Part shown: piece after piece, positions 26,440 through 40,619 of the stretch | Layout of the letters: each line of letters starts with the position of its first letter | Numbering within the stretch: position 1 is the stretch's first letter | Assembly (NCBI GenBank): GCA_032718475.1 | Contig: JAUCBJ010008856.1 | Coordinates: 1-64,000, forward strand | DNA: 64,000 nucleotides | Direction: 5' to 3' | DNA from: Nemertoderma westbladi | Taxonomy: Eukaryota; Animalia; Xenacoelomorpha | Position numbers and translations under genes: made by a program | The notes under the pieces: generated by a model | The model's input: only the letters and a program-made list of their open reading frames with translations | Database searches by the model: none | What the model was told of the DNA's origin: nothing

Positions 26440-28912
26440 TAGAAGTTAATTATTGACAATTGCTACTAAACGAGGCTAAGCAACGAACCAAAGTGTGGCC
26501 GTTTGTTTAATTTTCCTTAGCTTCGTGGTTGCATTTCCTTTAGGAAATGCCTTTCTCGTAATGTGATTTCAACAACATTTTTTCCACGAAGCTAAGGAAA
26601 ATCAACTACTTTCGCTAAGAAAGATTTTCCTTAGCTGAGATGGTCTATTCATAGTGGGCTATTTTACTTGTATGAGGCAGATTTAGTGTTTTTTGATTCC
26701 AGAAAAAACTAGCCTTTAAAAGTACCCTGAAATTTTGCATGTATATAATACTCGTCGAGGCGCATCGTGTGGGATGGAACTCATATCCAGGAAAAATCTG
26801 GTTTCCATGGCAACGGACTTAGAAAAAAGTATATGTATTTCAAGTCAATATTTATAACTCTATTTGCAGGAAAACTATAATAGATATAAACTTGGGGTTT
26901 CTCAATTCAACTATAAGGTCCATAGCAGAGCCGATTGAGGTTAAATAGAAAATCCAGTTACCTTGGCAACCGGGCTAAACAGATGTTAAAAATTTTAAAA
27001 TGTTGATTTGAAGCCAAAGGTTAAGGTGTGATGACTTGGGACCAATCCCTACCCCCACTATATAACTTATTCTGCTTCCGAATTTGATTGTTCTATTTTG
27101 CAGTTACCATGACAACCGCTAAAAAAGGATGTTTTTATACAAAAATTACTCATTTGGACATAGACTTCGCGATAAAATTTTACGAAACTGGGTATGTGTT
27201 ATCTGGACCACTAATTGGAACTTTTAGTGAAACTCAAAACATTCCAGAAATATCTAGTTACCATGGTAACTGGAGTTCATTACAGATTATATCATTCACG
27301 TCTATATTCATAACTTATAGAATAACCGCAATAGATATTTAGTTGGGGTTTCTCAACTCAATGATAAGTACAATAGTCGAGCTGATGGAGGTTAATTAGA
27401 AAATCCAGTTACCAGGGCAACCATGCTAAACAGATGTTCAAATTTATAAAATGGTTATTTGAAGCATAACTTTAAGGAATTACGACTTGGGACCAATCCC
27501 TACCCCCACTATATCACTAATTATGCATCCAATTTAAATTGTTCCATTTTTAAGTTTCCATGACAGCCACTACAAACAAACGTTTTAACAATTAAATCCT
27601 TAGTTTTGCACATTAACTACTCAATGAAACTGAATTGAAGTATGTGCCACCTGGAACCACAAACCGGATCTTAATATAAACCTCAGCAGTTCTAGAAAAC
27701 TCCGTTTGCCATGGTCCACGAAGCTAAGGAAAATCAACTACTTTCGCTAAGAAAGATTTTCCTTAGCTGAGATGGTCTATTCATAGTGGGCTATTTTACT
27801 TGTATGGAGCAGATTTGGTTTTTAAGAACCCCCGGCAAATCTAGCCTTTAAAAGTACCCTGAAATTTTGCATGTATATACTAGTCGTCGAGGCGCATCTT
27901 TTGGGCTGGGTCTCATATCCAGGAAAAATCTGGTTTCCATGGCAACGGACTTAGAAAAAAGTCTATGTATTTCAAGTCAATATTTATAACTCTATTTGTA
28001 GGAAAACTATAATAGATATAAACTTGGGGTTTCGCAACACAACTATAAGGTCCATAGCAGATCCGATTGAGGCTAAATAGAAAATCCAGTTACCTTGGCA
28101 ACCGGGATAAACAGATGTTAAAATTTATAAAATGTTAATTTGAGGCCTAAGGGCAAGGTGTTATGACTTGGGACCAACCCTTACCCCCACTATATAACTT
28201 ATTCTGCATCCGAATTACATTGTTCTATTTTTCAGTTACCATGACAACCGTTAAATACAGATGTTTTAATACAAAAATAACTCATTGGGACATAGACTTC
28301 GCAATAAAAGTTTACGAAACTTGTTATGTGTTATCTGGACCACTAGTTGTAACTTTTAGTGAAACTTAAATCATTCCAGAAATTTAGTTACCATGGTAAC
28401 TGTAGCTTATTAAACTCTATATCATTCAAGTCTATATTGATAACTCTATTTCTAGCAAAACTGTAATATATATAAACTTGGGGTTTTGTAACTCATCTAT
28501 AAGATCCATATCCAAGCCGTTTGAGGTTAATTAGAAAATCCAGTTACCATAGCAACAAGTCTAAACAGATGTTAAAATTTATAAAATGATAATTTGAAGC
28601 ACAAGTTAATAGTATTATGACTTGGGACTAACCCCTACCCCCACTATATGACTTATTCTGCATCCGAATTACATTGTTCTATTTTTCAGTTTCCATGACA
28701 ACCACTGCAAACAGATGCATTTTGATAGAAAATCGGTAATTTGGACATAAACTACAATATTTTCTGAAACTCAGTATATGTGTTATCTGAACCACAATCT
28801 GCACTGAATTTTTTTTCAAAGGTTAAAGCAACAGTTCCAGAGAACTCTAGTTTCCATGGGAATAGAAGTTCCATGAAGCTAAGGAAAATCAACTACTTTA
28901 GCTAAGAAAGAT

Positions 28913-30069
28913 TGTTCGCGCTTTTAGACCTTAGGCAGTTTAACCCGCCTAATTTAGGTGTCTTTTAGTTTGTAAATCGACTTTAGCCTACGACGAGTAT
29001 TTGATACACTACATTAGCCGAAGCCAGCCTATGCGCGATCATTCACCTGCTGGATATACCCGGGAGACTGGATTCGGGGGCTCTGACCTTATTGCGGTGT
29101 AGGCCTACTGTATTATTCGATTGATCGTTAATATATAATCTCTGACAATATTATTCACTTTCGGGAAATATTAACAGTTCCTTTAGCACGTGGCGCTCTA
29201 AATATATAAACAGAGCTATGACTTACACTAAACACAACGGGATGGCTTATGATTCACGTATAAGGCGCATTCTTTAGGAGATGCTTTGTTATCTGTCCCA
29301 ATCATGCACACTACCGGTAGCGCACAATACTGCACACTGATCAGCCGACCTTTACTAATTTTAGTCACATATAAAGAGAATAGTAATTGACCCATGTAGT
29401 GCCTATGAAATAGCATTAGATTCACTCCAAAACCAATATCATATAAGTATATATGCTATATGTAACCGGTCTCTTACCTTCAGTATATCAAGAAGATGGG
29501 GTTTTATAATTATTTATCGATATTATCCAAATATAACGATATTCCATCAACAGATACAATTAATAACCGACAGTAAATAGCAGTAAAATAATGCGGTGTG
29601 TATATAATGCAGTTGACAGGCAGGATAACAGTTATATGTTCCGGTAATCAAAGCCGTTCTAATGTTTTGGCTAAAGTCTGAAACAGAATAATTCCATAGC
29701 CGATGTTCATGGCATCAGGAAAACCAACACACTGAAACCTGTGGGCTGTTGTAGGCAGCTTTCAACACAAAGAGAAATAGCTCTCATTGGCAGAACTCCA
29801 GATTCTATAGGTTCCACGAATGTCTAAATGCCAAACCTCCGTAGCCTTTGCAGCCCATAGCCAACACAAGGCTAAATCGCTCTGATTGGTCGATCATTGT
29901 TCTGATTGGTTAATCGAACAGAACAAAGAGGCCATACGTACAGCAAATCGGCCAATCAGCCAGCAGAATGCATCACTCGAGCAAGGCAGTTTTAGAGTAT
30001 ATGAGCGCATTGAGGGAAAACTGGATTGCGGAGAAAAAGGGCCAGTTACATCCCGCAAAAGCTTTTACA
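28913..30069 (-). repeat. 3' LTR of element A (1157 bp)
   Basis: Matches 40620-41201 + 53053-53628. Preceded on the minus strand by a PPT-like TTTCTGGGAGCGG (30070-30082). Confidence 0.9.
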
Positions 30070-30147
30070 CCGCTCCCAGAAAATGGGATTTAATTCTATA
30101 AAATATAAAAAATCACAGTTTCTAAAATATAAAAATACTCTAAACAG

Positions 30148-31656
30148 TTAGTCTTTCTTGCGCGTACGGCGTTTACACAGTTTTTTGAGGCTAGCGAGAG
30201 TCCTTTTCTCTTTGGGTCGAGCCACTTTACTAGGAGGGCTATAACTCCTGGGCGAAGGGTGCAATACAATTGCATCAGAAGGTTAGGGTTACGGTCGGTG
30301 TCTCATCCATTTCGATATGCTTCTCCTCGAGCTGATTTTCCTCCGCTTGTTGTTGGATGTGTCCGTCCAAAAATTCTCGCGGAGAATAGGGTCGTCCAAG
30401 TTCGATAACTTCTTAGAGATTCTGGATTTCCCGATCGAACTGAGATAAAGTTACTTCTGCTAGTGCAATTTACGTTTATCTGAACAAGCGTAGGTTCCTT
30501 TTCTGATCTTTTGTAGAATAGCGTCTAACGTGCTTGGCACAATGCTCTCCTCCACTCTGGTGACAGGTTGTATCGGTGTTAAACCGGGACGATGGCAAGG
30601 GTCAAACGGCGACATTAAATGTCCGCATCCCAATCCGGCTAGGTAGGATGGGCTAATATCTAGGAAGACCACAACCGGGGTGCCACCGACTAACTGTTCA
30701 GGTAACACTAGATCTTTGAACAGTGAGTACAGCTCGGGAGGATCCGTCATACTAATAGGATCAAGAGTCTGAGGTCTCACTAGGGAATGAGGAGGTCTGA
30801 TCGAGTATTCCGGAACTCTGATCATTGGTTTATTTAAGGATCGTCTGAGTCGAACGAGCGTAGGTGATACGTCAAACAAATTTCGCTCGAAACTCCCGTA
30901 AGTATAGCGAGTAAAACCGTGTTTAGTGCAACGTCTCCCCGGATGTTTAGGTCTTTCCGTTTGTTGGTTAGGTCTAGGGCACCCATCCCAATAATACCAA
31001 AGACGCACGTCTTGTAGGGGAAACGCGAGTGATCTCTCTCCAGTTCACAACACTCCCCCATCTGCTCGAAGCCATCCGGTACAACAGGTAGCGGTCGATC
31101 GGCAGTAAGATACATCATAGTGGAACAGAGCCGCTTGAGTGCGTGACCATGCGGTCATGATGTATACCTTGAGGATATCGAGTTTCTAGATTCTGTTGAC
31201 TGGTAATATTGAGATATGTTTCTCTCAAGAATTCCAGATATTTGTTGAAGTCGCTGCGTTTATCCGGCTCTTCAACATCTTCACTTTCGAGTCTGTTTCG
31301 AATAGAATTCTCGTGTTCGAGTCTCAGTTTATCGTTCCGCTTCCGCTGGGTATGATATTTAAATAAAACCATTTCCCTTTCGGTATCTATATCGTCCGTA
31401 TCGTGTAGGTCGATAGGATGACCAGTAGTTAAGAAGTCCATATACGTACCATTACGATGCGTATAGCGAGCGGTGAATTTTCTATAGTCCAACTCACGCG
31501 TGAGCTGCTCTTGGGACATTGGCGGTTCGATATAACGACCATCGTCCTCCGCAGCAGTTGGACCAGCATCGCCGCGTATTAAGCTATCAACAAACGCCTG
31601 CAACGGTAGAGTATATCTCCCCTGACACCAAGATCATCTTCTATCAACTCAGTCAT
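30148..31656 (-). pseudogene. Frameshifted accessory ORF of element A (unknown function)
   Basis: Starts MTELIEDDLG and ends ...KKLCKRRTRKKD*, both homologous to 50446-51735. The track fragments 31115-31603, 30834-31118 and 30460-31008 fall within it. Confidence 0.6.
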
Positions 31657-33289
31657 ATCTGCTATATGAGTTTATTAATATTATAATGAGTTTATATTTA
31701 GGCTAGCGGGTGTCGCTGCCTACCCCTCTCTGCCCCCGGACAGTGCAAGATCCTCAGCACTGGTGTACTTTCGCCGATGTGCCTATCGCCAACGTCGTAG
31801 CTGCACAACGACCACAACAACCAGCACGAGTCACTCCACCGTCCGTCCCAAAGGCTTAGATATACTTCAGGTTATCACTGCAGAGTTAGGGCTACTTTCA
31901 CAATTGCGACTCGCTACTGTAAACACACTTTAGTAGTAACATTCACCTATAAACGCACAAATTCCACACAACTGTCACAAACCGCACATATTCGGGCCAT
32001 TTGTCCTTTAGTCAGTGCCTTCCAGAATGCCACGTTATTATTGGGTATCCTGGGATACTAGCAATGTGCTATTTTATTCCTTATGCTATTCAATGGGGCA
32101 AGCCTTTATTGTTCTTTTAACTCACTTCTAATTCTAGCGTGGTTGTTGCCATGGTGACATTATGGAAAGCTAGCGGTAGAATTGGGGTAATTCTCATGCA
32201 TACAGATCTGGGATGCTATTTAATAGTAATTCTTTAATTGTCAATATTCCTCTTTATACATGATTTTATGAATTTTGTCGGCTATTGACTATATTGGAGA
32301 TTCTCGCACACTAATATACTTAATAGGGTGAATCTCCGCTCCCATGATCTATTAATTAATGGAATTTTGGGAATGTTATAAATTGTATAAAATAACAATT
32401 TATCAAATTCATTAAAAGATATGAATTTAAATTTATTCCCGTAAATTTTATTATTTAATATTAAATAGACACAATTTTATTCCAGAACATGTCTGGGGAC
32501 TGGGATCCTTGATTCTAGGAAATTTGTCCTTTTAAGAGTATCGGTAAGTGCTACGATATCTTAATTGACTAGAATTTTAAAGGATCTGAAATTTGACAGA
32601 TTTTGTAAATATTAATAATTAATATTTACGATGGGCACCAGTTTATTCCAGAACTTGTCTGGGGACGTTAACCACTGATTCTAGAATTTGCCTTTCAAGT
32701 ATATCGGTGGGTGCCGCGATATCTTAATCGACTAGAATTGCAGATGGTCAAAGGGTTTAACAGATTTATTTTGCGTTATACGCTACTGTTAAAGGGACAT
32801 CACGCTACTATATGTATTATTTAATATACGGTATGAGAGCAATATCACACGAAGCAATGTCAGTGAGAAGAGGCAAGTCGTTTCCAAGGTCTACCCAGAG
32901 CTTGGTTTAGCCGAGACACGAGGATCTGAACTTTGCATTCCTAATACTCTGCTTACCAATAATACTTGAATATAGTAGGAGCTTTATTGTACTTTAATAA
33001 GTACGGATATTTCATCTTACTGTAGTCACGTATTTATAATGTAATACGGACAGTAAGGAAAGAGAAAAAGAATTATTTCTCGCCGTCGCACTAAATATAA
33101 TATACAGGTAATTAAGTAATAAACGCTAATATATATTGAACTAATCTACTAAATAATCGCTAAAATAACATTCTACTAAATAAAATTAAAGAAAACGATT
33201 ATAATAAAATTACATAATAATACATACATAATATAAAATAATAAAAATAAATATAAAATAATATAGTCACACATCCACTCCGTATGTTG

Positions 33290-36200
33290 TTACGTTATGG
33301 AGTCCCTAGATATTTGTTGGATTAGGGAGGTGGTCGTGGGAAGAGTATCTTGCCTTCCATAGTTTCCGGACAGTTTTCGGTCTCTTTCCAGTAAACATAA
33401 ACGACCAGCTGGGCGATTGAGTGGTTGTGTTACTTTCTCCGCTCCCTTGGCCTGTCTAATCTTCGCCGGGGTAAGATGAGGAGGCCATTCATCTTCTTTA
33501 CTTAGGAAATCGGGTCCACCTAACCGGTCTGGAGTATCTGTCAGTTCTTGAGGAGTTGCTCCTCTGGAAGCGATGTCGGCTAGATTAATCGTCTCGGGGC
33601 AATGTCTCCATTGATCTACATTGGAGTTAATATCGTCATTATCTGAGGAGTATGGTGTTCCCTCAGTTGGGTCGTCTACCTCACTGCTCTCCACTTCCCA
33701 TTCACTTAATTGATATACCTGTTCTTTTGGTAATCTTTCCATTAGAGTTCTACGTGAAGGGCCAGTAAAGTACCAACCTACTCTAGTTCTTCCCGCATAG
33801 ACTTGTAATGGTTGCGGTTGAGCAGGCCGTTTCTCCAATGTCTCAAGCGCTTCATGCGCATTTTGGCCGATGAGTATTTGCACTCCAGGGTAATCTGTGT
33901 TGAATCTAGGTATATTAACCCTATTAGTACCGGGCTATAAAATGTTGTACAAATACCGGGAGGGGGTCATATTGACCCCCCCCTCTAAAATCTACAAATA
34001 TTTACGAAAACGTCTGATTTTATGTTTGTACGTAGGTATCACTTGTCTGGATCCGACCGAAAAAAAAAATTTTCGAAAAAATGTACTGGGGTGGTTATAT
34101 TGCAGCACCAAAATTACAAGTAGTGCACAATTTTCACAAAATTTGAAAGTTACATTTTCGGCTAATTATTTTTCAATACAGGTTTTTTGGGGTGCAAAAT
34201 ACATTGGAAAATATTTAAAAATGATATGATTACTATAAATGGCTGTTTAGTCCTCTCTGCGTAGGAAAAAAATGAAAAAAACAAGTAACCAGCACTTTTC
34301 AGTTAGAACACAAAATTTTTAATTCACTTATACGATGCTATAAATTCACATTTTCAGGTTTTCGAGGGCGCTGATTCTAATGGAATACATTTCTAATATG
34401 CCAGATCATTGCTACTTGTATTTTTCGGCGTAATTTAGCAAATTTTGGTGCTAGCACCAAATTTCGTACCCATCACCAAAAAGTACAAGTTTGCGATGTC
34501 CAGTGCTGTTTTTATTGATTCCATCGGATTCAGGACCCTCATAAACCCGTATAAGGCAAGAAACAAGGTGATACTATCTAATTATCAATTTGCATATTTT
34601 CCAAAATTTGGTGCTGGCACAACAATTTTCACCCACCGGCGAAAAATACAAGTTTGAGAACTCTTATGAAATTTTTACTGATTCCATTGAATTCAGAACC
34701 ATCACAAACCCGTATAACGCAAGAAACAAGGTGACACAATCAATTGATATATTTGATGGTTTTCAAAATTTGGTGCTAGCACCACATTTTGCACCCACAT
34801 CCGAAAAATACAAGTTTGAGATGTCTAGTTCGATAATTATATTTTCCATCGAATTCAGAACAGCCATAAACCTCTAAAACGCAAGAAATAAATTGTCAAA
34901 AGCAATTTTATATATTGAATGGATTTTCAAAATTTCGTGCTAGCACCAAAATTAGCACACAGCACCGAAAAATACAAGTTTGATACGCTTGGTTCAACTC
35001 GTATATATTTCATCGAATCCAGAACCTCAAAAAACCCCAATTGCGTAAAAAACAAGTTTCAAACAATCAATTTACAAAATTGACTTATTTCAAAATTTGG
35101 TGCTGGCACCAAAATTTGGCACCCATCGAAAAAATCAAGTTTGAAATTTCTAAATCAATTTATATGAATTCCATCCAATTTCTAAGACCAAAAAACCGGT
35201 GTAAATCAAAAATAGAGATGTTACAATTCATATTTAATGAAATGAAATTTTCAAAAAACGTCTCAAAAAAAGTGCCAAAAGTAGGGTTTAAAAATGGTGC
35301 TATAACTCGAAAAGTACAGAATATTTTTGAAAACGGTTTTCACTACCATGAAGACAATCGATTTTTAGGAAAAGTCATAAAATTTCAGATTCCCAACTGC
35401 GTATGTTTCAGAATTATAATAAAAAAACCACGGGGGGGGTCATATTGACCCCCCCCCCCGGGTTTAATAGGGTTAAGCTGCTGGGTGGAATCGTCCTCAT
35501 CCCAGTTATAAGGTTCTACTTGGCTGGTAGCGAAGTTCTTTATCGCCACCATTTTTACTGACCTTATGCTGTGTTCTCCTAGTTCATCCTGGGGGGTGGA
35601 CAACGCACCTACATAATAATCCGCTATTACTGTAGATTTCCAAACCTGCATAATTCCTGACATGTTTAACTTGGTTCGGAACTTGGGTTGTCCAGCAAAG
35701 ATGTCTTCGGCTAGTTCTTTGTCGATGAATGTTCCTGTGCTACCGGAGTCAAGGAGGGCGTTCACTATATAACTCCTTTCAGGTCAGTGGACCCTTAACT
35801 GTACTACAGGAAATTCTCGGATTCCTACATTGGAAGTTGGTGCTTTCCAAGATGGTTGTCGATCAGAAGTAGTTAGGGTGAGCTCGCTGTCGGTGTCCTT
35901 TTCATACGTAAGTGCTCGATACACTGCGGTATCTTCCATCTCAGAACTTTGGTCAGTGTCATTCACATCACTGAATTGGACATGTAGTTCGGACTCACTT
36001 ACCTGACTCTGGCTGTTTCGCTGGAATTCAGTGTGCAACATGATATGATGTTTCGCACCGCACTTTGCACACCTTGTGTCGGAGTAACAGGTTCGCCGTT
36101 GGTGTCCTTGTCTGAGGCAATTATAACACAACCGCTTATCCCACATGACTTCCCGTCTATCCTTTAGTGATTTCCTCAGGAATTCATCACACGCACTTAA

Positions 36201-38258
36201 ACGGTGGGGCCCGTCGCACAGCACACATTTTGGTTTGATGTTACTTACCTTACTTTGAGTAACGTTGTGCACACTCGTTCTTTCTTCGGGCTTTCTTACA
36301 TGAATTCTCTTAGGAGACGTAGGAGGAGTTTTTCTTACCTGTTCTCTCCTGTCATTGGTTCGAGACTTGAATTTACTTACGTCCTTAGGCGCTGTGTTGT
36401 CATAGTAAGATCTTTCAGTGTCTTTCCCGCTGTCTTCCTCTTGAGAAGCCTGGCTTTCGCCGTCGTCTGTATAACACACTGGTATTACCTTTCTCCTAGA
36501 AACGGGTTTCTCACTTACCTTATTTTCCAGTGTCTTCTCTCTGGACTGTTTTAGAAGCTGTAATTTTACCTCTCCATCTAAGAATGACATGAGATCAGCC
36601 ATGGTAGGGTCTCTTCGTTGTTGTTCCATCATATATAACACTTTCTTGTCCCAGCGTGTACCTACTCCACCCTTGGGCAAAGTAGATGCTAAGGCTCCTA
36701 CAACCATAGAATTCTGGTATTCATGAGACTTACCTAACCAATCTAGTTGTCTACAGATCTCTTGAATCTCATCGGAAAACTCTATAATCCCGCTGCTAAG
36801 AAACTTTCGGGGCGCCATTAATTTCGCATATAAATACCTAGCTATGTTAGTCCTATTACCATACCTGATGTTTAGCGTATCCCAAACTTGTCTTAATCCA
36901 TCTGGATGTCCAATAAACTTTAACGCCATTAACTTGGGAGATCCTTCCAAGCACTCGATGAGGAATCTAAGCTTTTCTCCATTAGATAACACGGAGTTCT
37001 GTATGTTATCTTTGTAATATTCATTAAAAGGTAACCATTTCATCTCATCTCCATTGAACTTGACGATCTCTCCCATCTTTACCGCTTGACGGGCTTCGGT
37101 TCTAGCCATTTGACGCGTAAAACTTTCTTGGGCCATCGTATTATTTAATATCGAGTTATCGGTATATAAATTTCTCGGATTATTATCAAGTCTATATGGA
37201 ATATCACTGTCAACAGGTTTATAATTACCCTTAATAGGGTTTACTATAGGAGTTTCTACTTCACTAGCAGTATAGATGCGTGTAGGCTCCACACCTTGCG
37301 CATGAAATACTTCAGACCTAACAGGTTGACACATTGTTACAGAGGGTGGTGGTACACCCTTTTGTAAATTTACTAACTTATCGCGTTCTGACGCGATACT
37401 CTGCTGCACTTCTTGCAATGCTAACCTACCCTCTCTTACTGCTCCCTTTAACTGCTGAACAGTCCCTTCCAACTCCCGGACCTGCTGGGAGGAACATTTA
37501 CAATGTTCCCTCAGCTGCCCGAGCAGGAGACCCATCTCCCGTCGTCCCTCAGCTACCCACTCGACCGCCGAAGCGGGAGTCGCCAACGTAGTAGCGGGCA
37601 AGCGAGAGACAACGGGCGATAAATTCTTGATATCTCGCTCGGCGTCCAGGATGGGTTCGGACTCGGGAACAGTCCTACTGGGCACAGGTAGTTTCGTGCT
37701 GTGCAAAGGGAATTTAGAGGTAGGTTCTGGGAGTACAGGTGTCTCTATCACCGAAGGAGTGGCTTCAAGAACAGGCCTAATTATTTCAGGCTCATCTACT
37801 ATAGTAGAGAGTCTTTCTACTGTAATAATTTGGTCTGTGGGTTCAAGATTACCTAAGTCTACACTAGCCAGTCGCCTTCTCACCTCAAGAGGGAAATTAG
37901 ATAACTTCTGACGGTGTGGCGTTCTTCTACGTCCGCTTGAACGAGATTTATTACCTCTACTTTTGGGATCTCTTATATCACCTTCATCGGAGGAGGCAAA
38001 TCCCTGTCTTCTGGTTTGTTTCTTCAAGTAATCTTGTTTCGCCTGAAGGTTTTCCAGCTCTAGTTGGGTAGTCGCTTCAGACGCCTTCCGTTCTGCTTCT
38101 GCCACTGCCTCTGCCGCTTTTCTTTCCGCTTCTGCCACTGCTACTTTTCTTTCCGCTTCTTTTCTGTCTTCTATCCTTTCAAGACACTGTCCAAGTCGAA
38201 GACTCATTCTAACACCTTTCAAAAGACTATCTGACAGTGCCCGTTTTGTGTCAGACAT
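33290..38258 (-). pseudogene. BEL/Pao Gag-protease ORF of element A, disrupted
   Basis: Homologous to 44714-48820. In-frame TGA at 35784-35786 and a MITE insertion. Removing the MITE plus one TTAA restores QQLNIPRFNTDYPG. Confidence 0.9.
33919..35472. mobile_element. Complete piggyBac-like MITE (1554 bp), copy 2
   Basis: TTAA at 33915-33918 and 35473-35476. TIR CCCTATTA...TAATAGGG. Subterminal palindrome GGGGGTCATATTGACCCCC at both ends. Internal ~162-bp repeats. Confidence 0.92.
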
Positions 38259-40619
38259 ATTTGATTTGTACAGTTGAATGCCTACTGCTATATTACAGTT
38301 AAAGCAAGTCTAGTAATTCAGTATCAACTGTTAGCCTAGTGATTAATTACCGATATCGTTACTCTATGTAACGTGATATATATACAATATATTAGAATAC
38401 CGGTATGCTTATAGTATATATAAGTATTATTACAGACTAGGTTTGTCACAGAATACCGGTATGTAATTTCAGCACAAATATATATAAATATATAATAGGC
38501 CTATTGTGAATACCGGTATACAGCTTACACTTATAGTATATATAAGTATAATTATGGACTAGAATTAATTACAGAATACCGGTATAATTTCAGCCTAAAT
38601 TTATAAATATATAATAGGCCTATCGTGAATACCGGTATACAGCTTACACTTATAGTATATATATATAAGTATAATTACAGACTAGAATTGATTACAGAAT
38701 ACCGGTATGATTTCAGCCTAAATTTATAGAAATAAATATAATAAGCCTATGGTAAATACCGGTATGTCAATTATTTTGGAATAATTGAATTTCTGAATTT
38801 TAGCGGTTACTTTAACTTACTTTATTACCGTTATTTAAGCAGTAGTCCAACTGATATTAAGACCTAATTGTTGTATGGCAGGCCTACTATTTATAAATCA
38901 TTTGAGTTGATTTATAATATATATACCAATTAAAATGGGTTTTGTCAATATTTGAAATAAATGTTATTATTTCTGGGGGAAGTCACTACACAGAAGCTGT
39001 GCGCTCTCAGTGAAGTGCTACTTGTTGGACACTAAAACAATTAATTCTAATTTACCTTAATACTACAAATTACGTACAATTCTGGGTGAGATTACAATCT
39101 CTAAATAAACACAAAAATTTACAAGTACGAATTTTTAGGGTAATTTTACAAGAAGTCTACAAACCAGTCTAACAAAGGGTTAGATTATCTGGTTATTACA
39201 ACGAACAGAATACTACGGTATTTGAAAATAATAAAGCAGTAGTAAATATACTGCGTTGTCCAGATAGAAAAAATACCACCGTCTGACGACTTATAGCCAT
39301 ATCGCTATAAGTACTACGTTATGTATCACGGAGTATTTCTACCTAGAAGTTAATTACCGCGGTCTACCAGAACCAACGTGCCTATTAACCACTTTACAAC
39401 ACAAATATACTGCCTACATACTAATTACCTTCGGGAAGCACTGTACACTAAACCCTAAATTAGGTACAAGTACTTATACAACAAATAATCAGTAGTTAAA
39501 ATACTTGAACAGCTAAAAGAACCACGGTATCTGCTGGAGTGACCGGGGCACAAAATCACCAGTCTTTACCTATGCCAAGCAGCCCTGATAATAACCGGGG
39601 TTAATTTAACTATAACGCTATATATAACAAGCACAATTACTGTAGGAATAAACTTGGGGGTATGAATGTTGCGAATAATCGCATAAACTCTGAATAATAA
39701 ATATTACGCTACGCGTACAGACTACTCAAACAAAATGCAGACCAAACACTGACAGGCTACTATCAAGCCTAAACAAACTACGGTATATGCAGACTCCGAA
39801 ATGGTTAGTTAGTATGCGTTCTAACCGAGTAGTACGACTTATTCTTTCGAGGGGGTTTACCTCACAGCACTGGAAGCCCCTACGTTCCCAACTGGCACTT
39901 TATCGGACATACACTCCACACACACCGCAATCTCTTCAGACCCAACAACAGCCAGACAACAATCCAGCCTATAAATTATCTGAATAAGAAGTATTACGGT
40001 ACCTGTACAGACTACACAAACAAAATACAGACTAAACGCTGGCAGACTACTATCAAGCCTAAATAAATTACAGTACATGCAGACTCCGAAATGGTTAGTT
40101 AGTATGCGTTCTAACCTAGTAGTACGACTTATTCTTTCAGGGGGGATTTACCTTACAGCTCTGGCTGCCCCTACTTTCCTAACCGGCACTTTATCGGACA
40201 TACACTCTACATGCACTGCAATCCGTTCAGACCTATCAACAGTCAGACAACAGTCCAGCCTACAAATTATCTGTACGATCTGAGCAAGCTTACACGTCTT
40301 CTGCTCAATATTAGCCTACAGATAAATAAAACTGACAGAAATAAGTAAACCATACAAAGGAATAAGGGGTGATCAATCCCTAATCCCCTAACAGCCTACA
40401 ATATACAATATATCACAATCGAAATAATACTAGTACCTTTACTGCTGTAAGTAACGGTTCCGGTGGTTAGGTAGTTAGGCCTACAGGTTACCGGTCGACC
40501 GGTACTTTTCAACTTTATTGCTTACTGCAATAAAGAAGCTATAACTGTTATTGTTCTTACCAGAACAATAGTAAACTGTATTTATTGCCTACACTGCAAT
40601 CAGAGTTCATAACTGTTAT

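Larger units (their letters stand above)
2497..28912 (+). mobile_element. Nest of non-autonomous Helentron/HINE-like rolling-circle elements (left block)
   Basis: 5' end TCCACGAAGCTAAGGAAAATC, with internal inverted repeat GATTTTCCTTAGCT, recurs at 2497, 3242, 4543/4552, ~5689, 6061, 7381, 8824, 10115, 11738, 13483, 15088, 16423, 18247, 19534, 21680, 23823, 25174, 26583, 27715 and 28870. The 3' end is subTIR ATTTTCCTTAGCTTCGTGG + hairpin GCATTTCCT-T-T-AGGAAATGC region + CTTTCTHG. Internal ~458-bp tandem repeats; no TSD. Confidence 0.85.

Noticed and set aside
2945-28369. Recurrent short ORFs (MTWDQPLPPLY..., MYILLGEAHLL...) as a gene family
   Set aside because: They are translations of the HINE repeat, with variable stops and frameshifts and no recognisable domain.
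2497-28912. CRISPR-like repeat-spacer array
   Set aside because: Units are over 1 kb, most spacers are pieces of interrupted host HINEs, there are no cas genes, and the context is eukaryotic.
2497-28912. Telomeric-retrotransposon-style head-to-tail array
   Set aside because: Apparently truncated units resume exactly after the intervening copy, which shows nesting; there are no poly(A) tails and no RT.
36204-37911. Antisense ORFs over gag/pol (also 45235-48289 and 61542-63320 minus)
   Set aside because: Shadow frames of real coding strands, with no motifs.
39283-39320. Hammerhead-like CTGACGA plus stem (also ~59423, ~2379, ~21221)
   Set aside because: The conserved GAAA and closing helices are missing.
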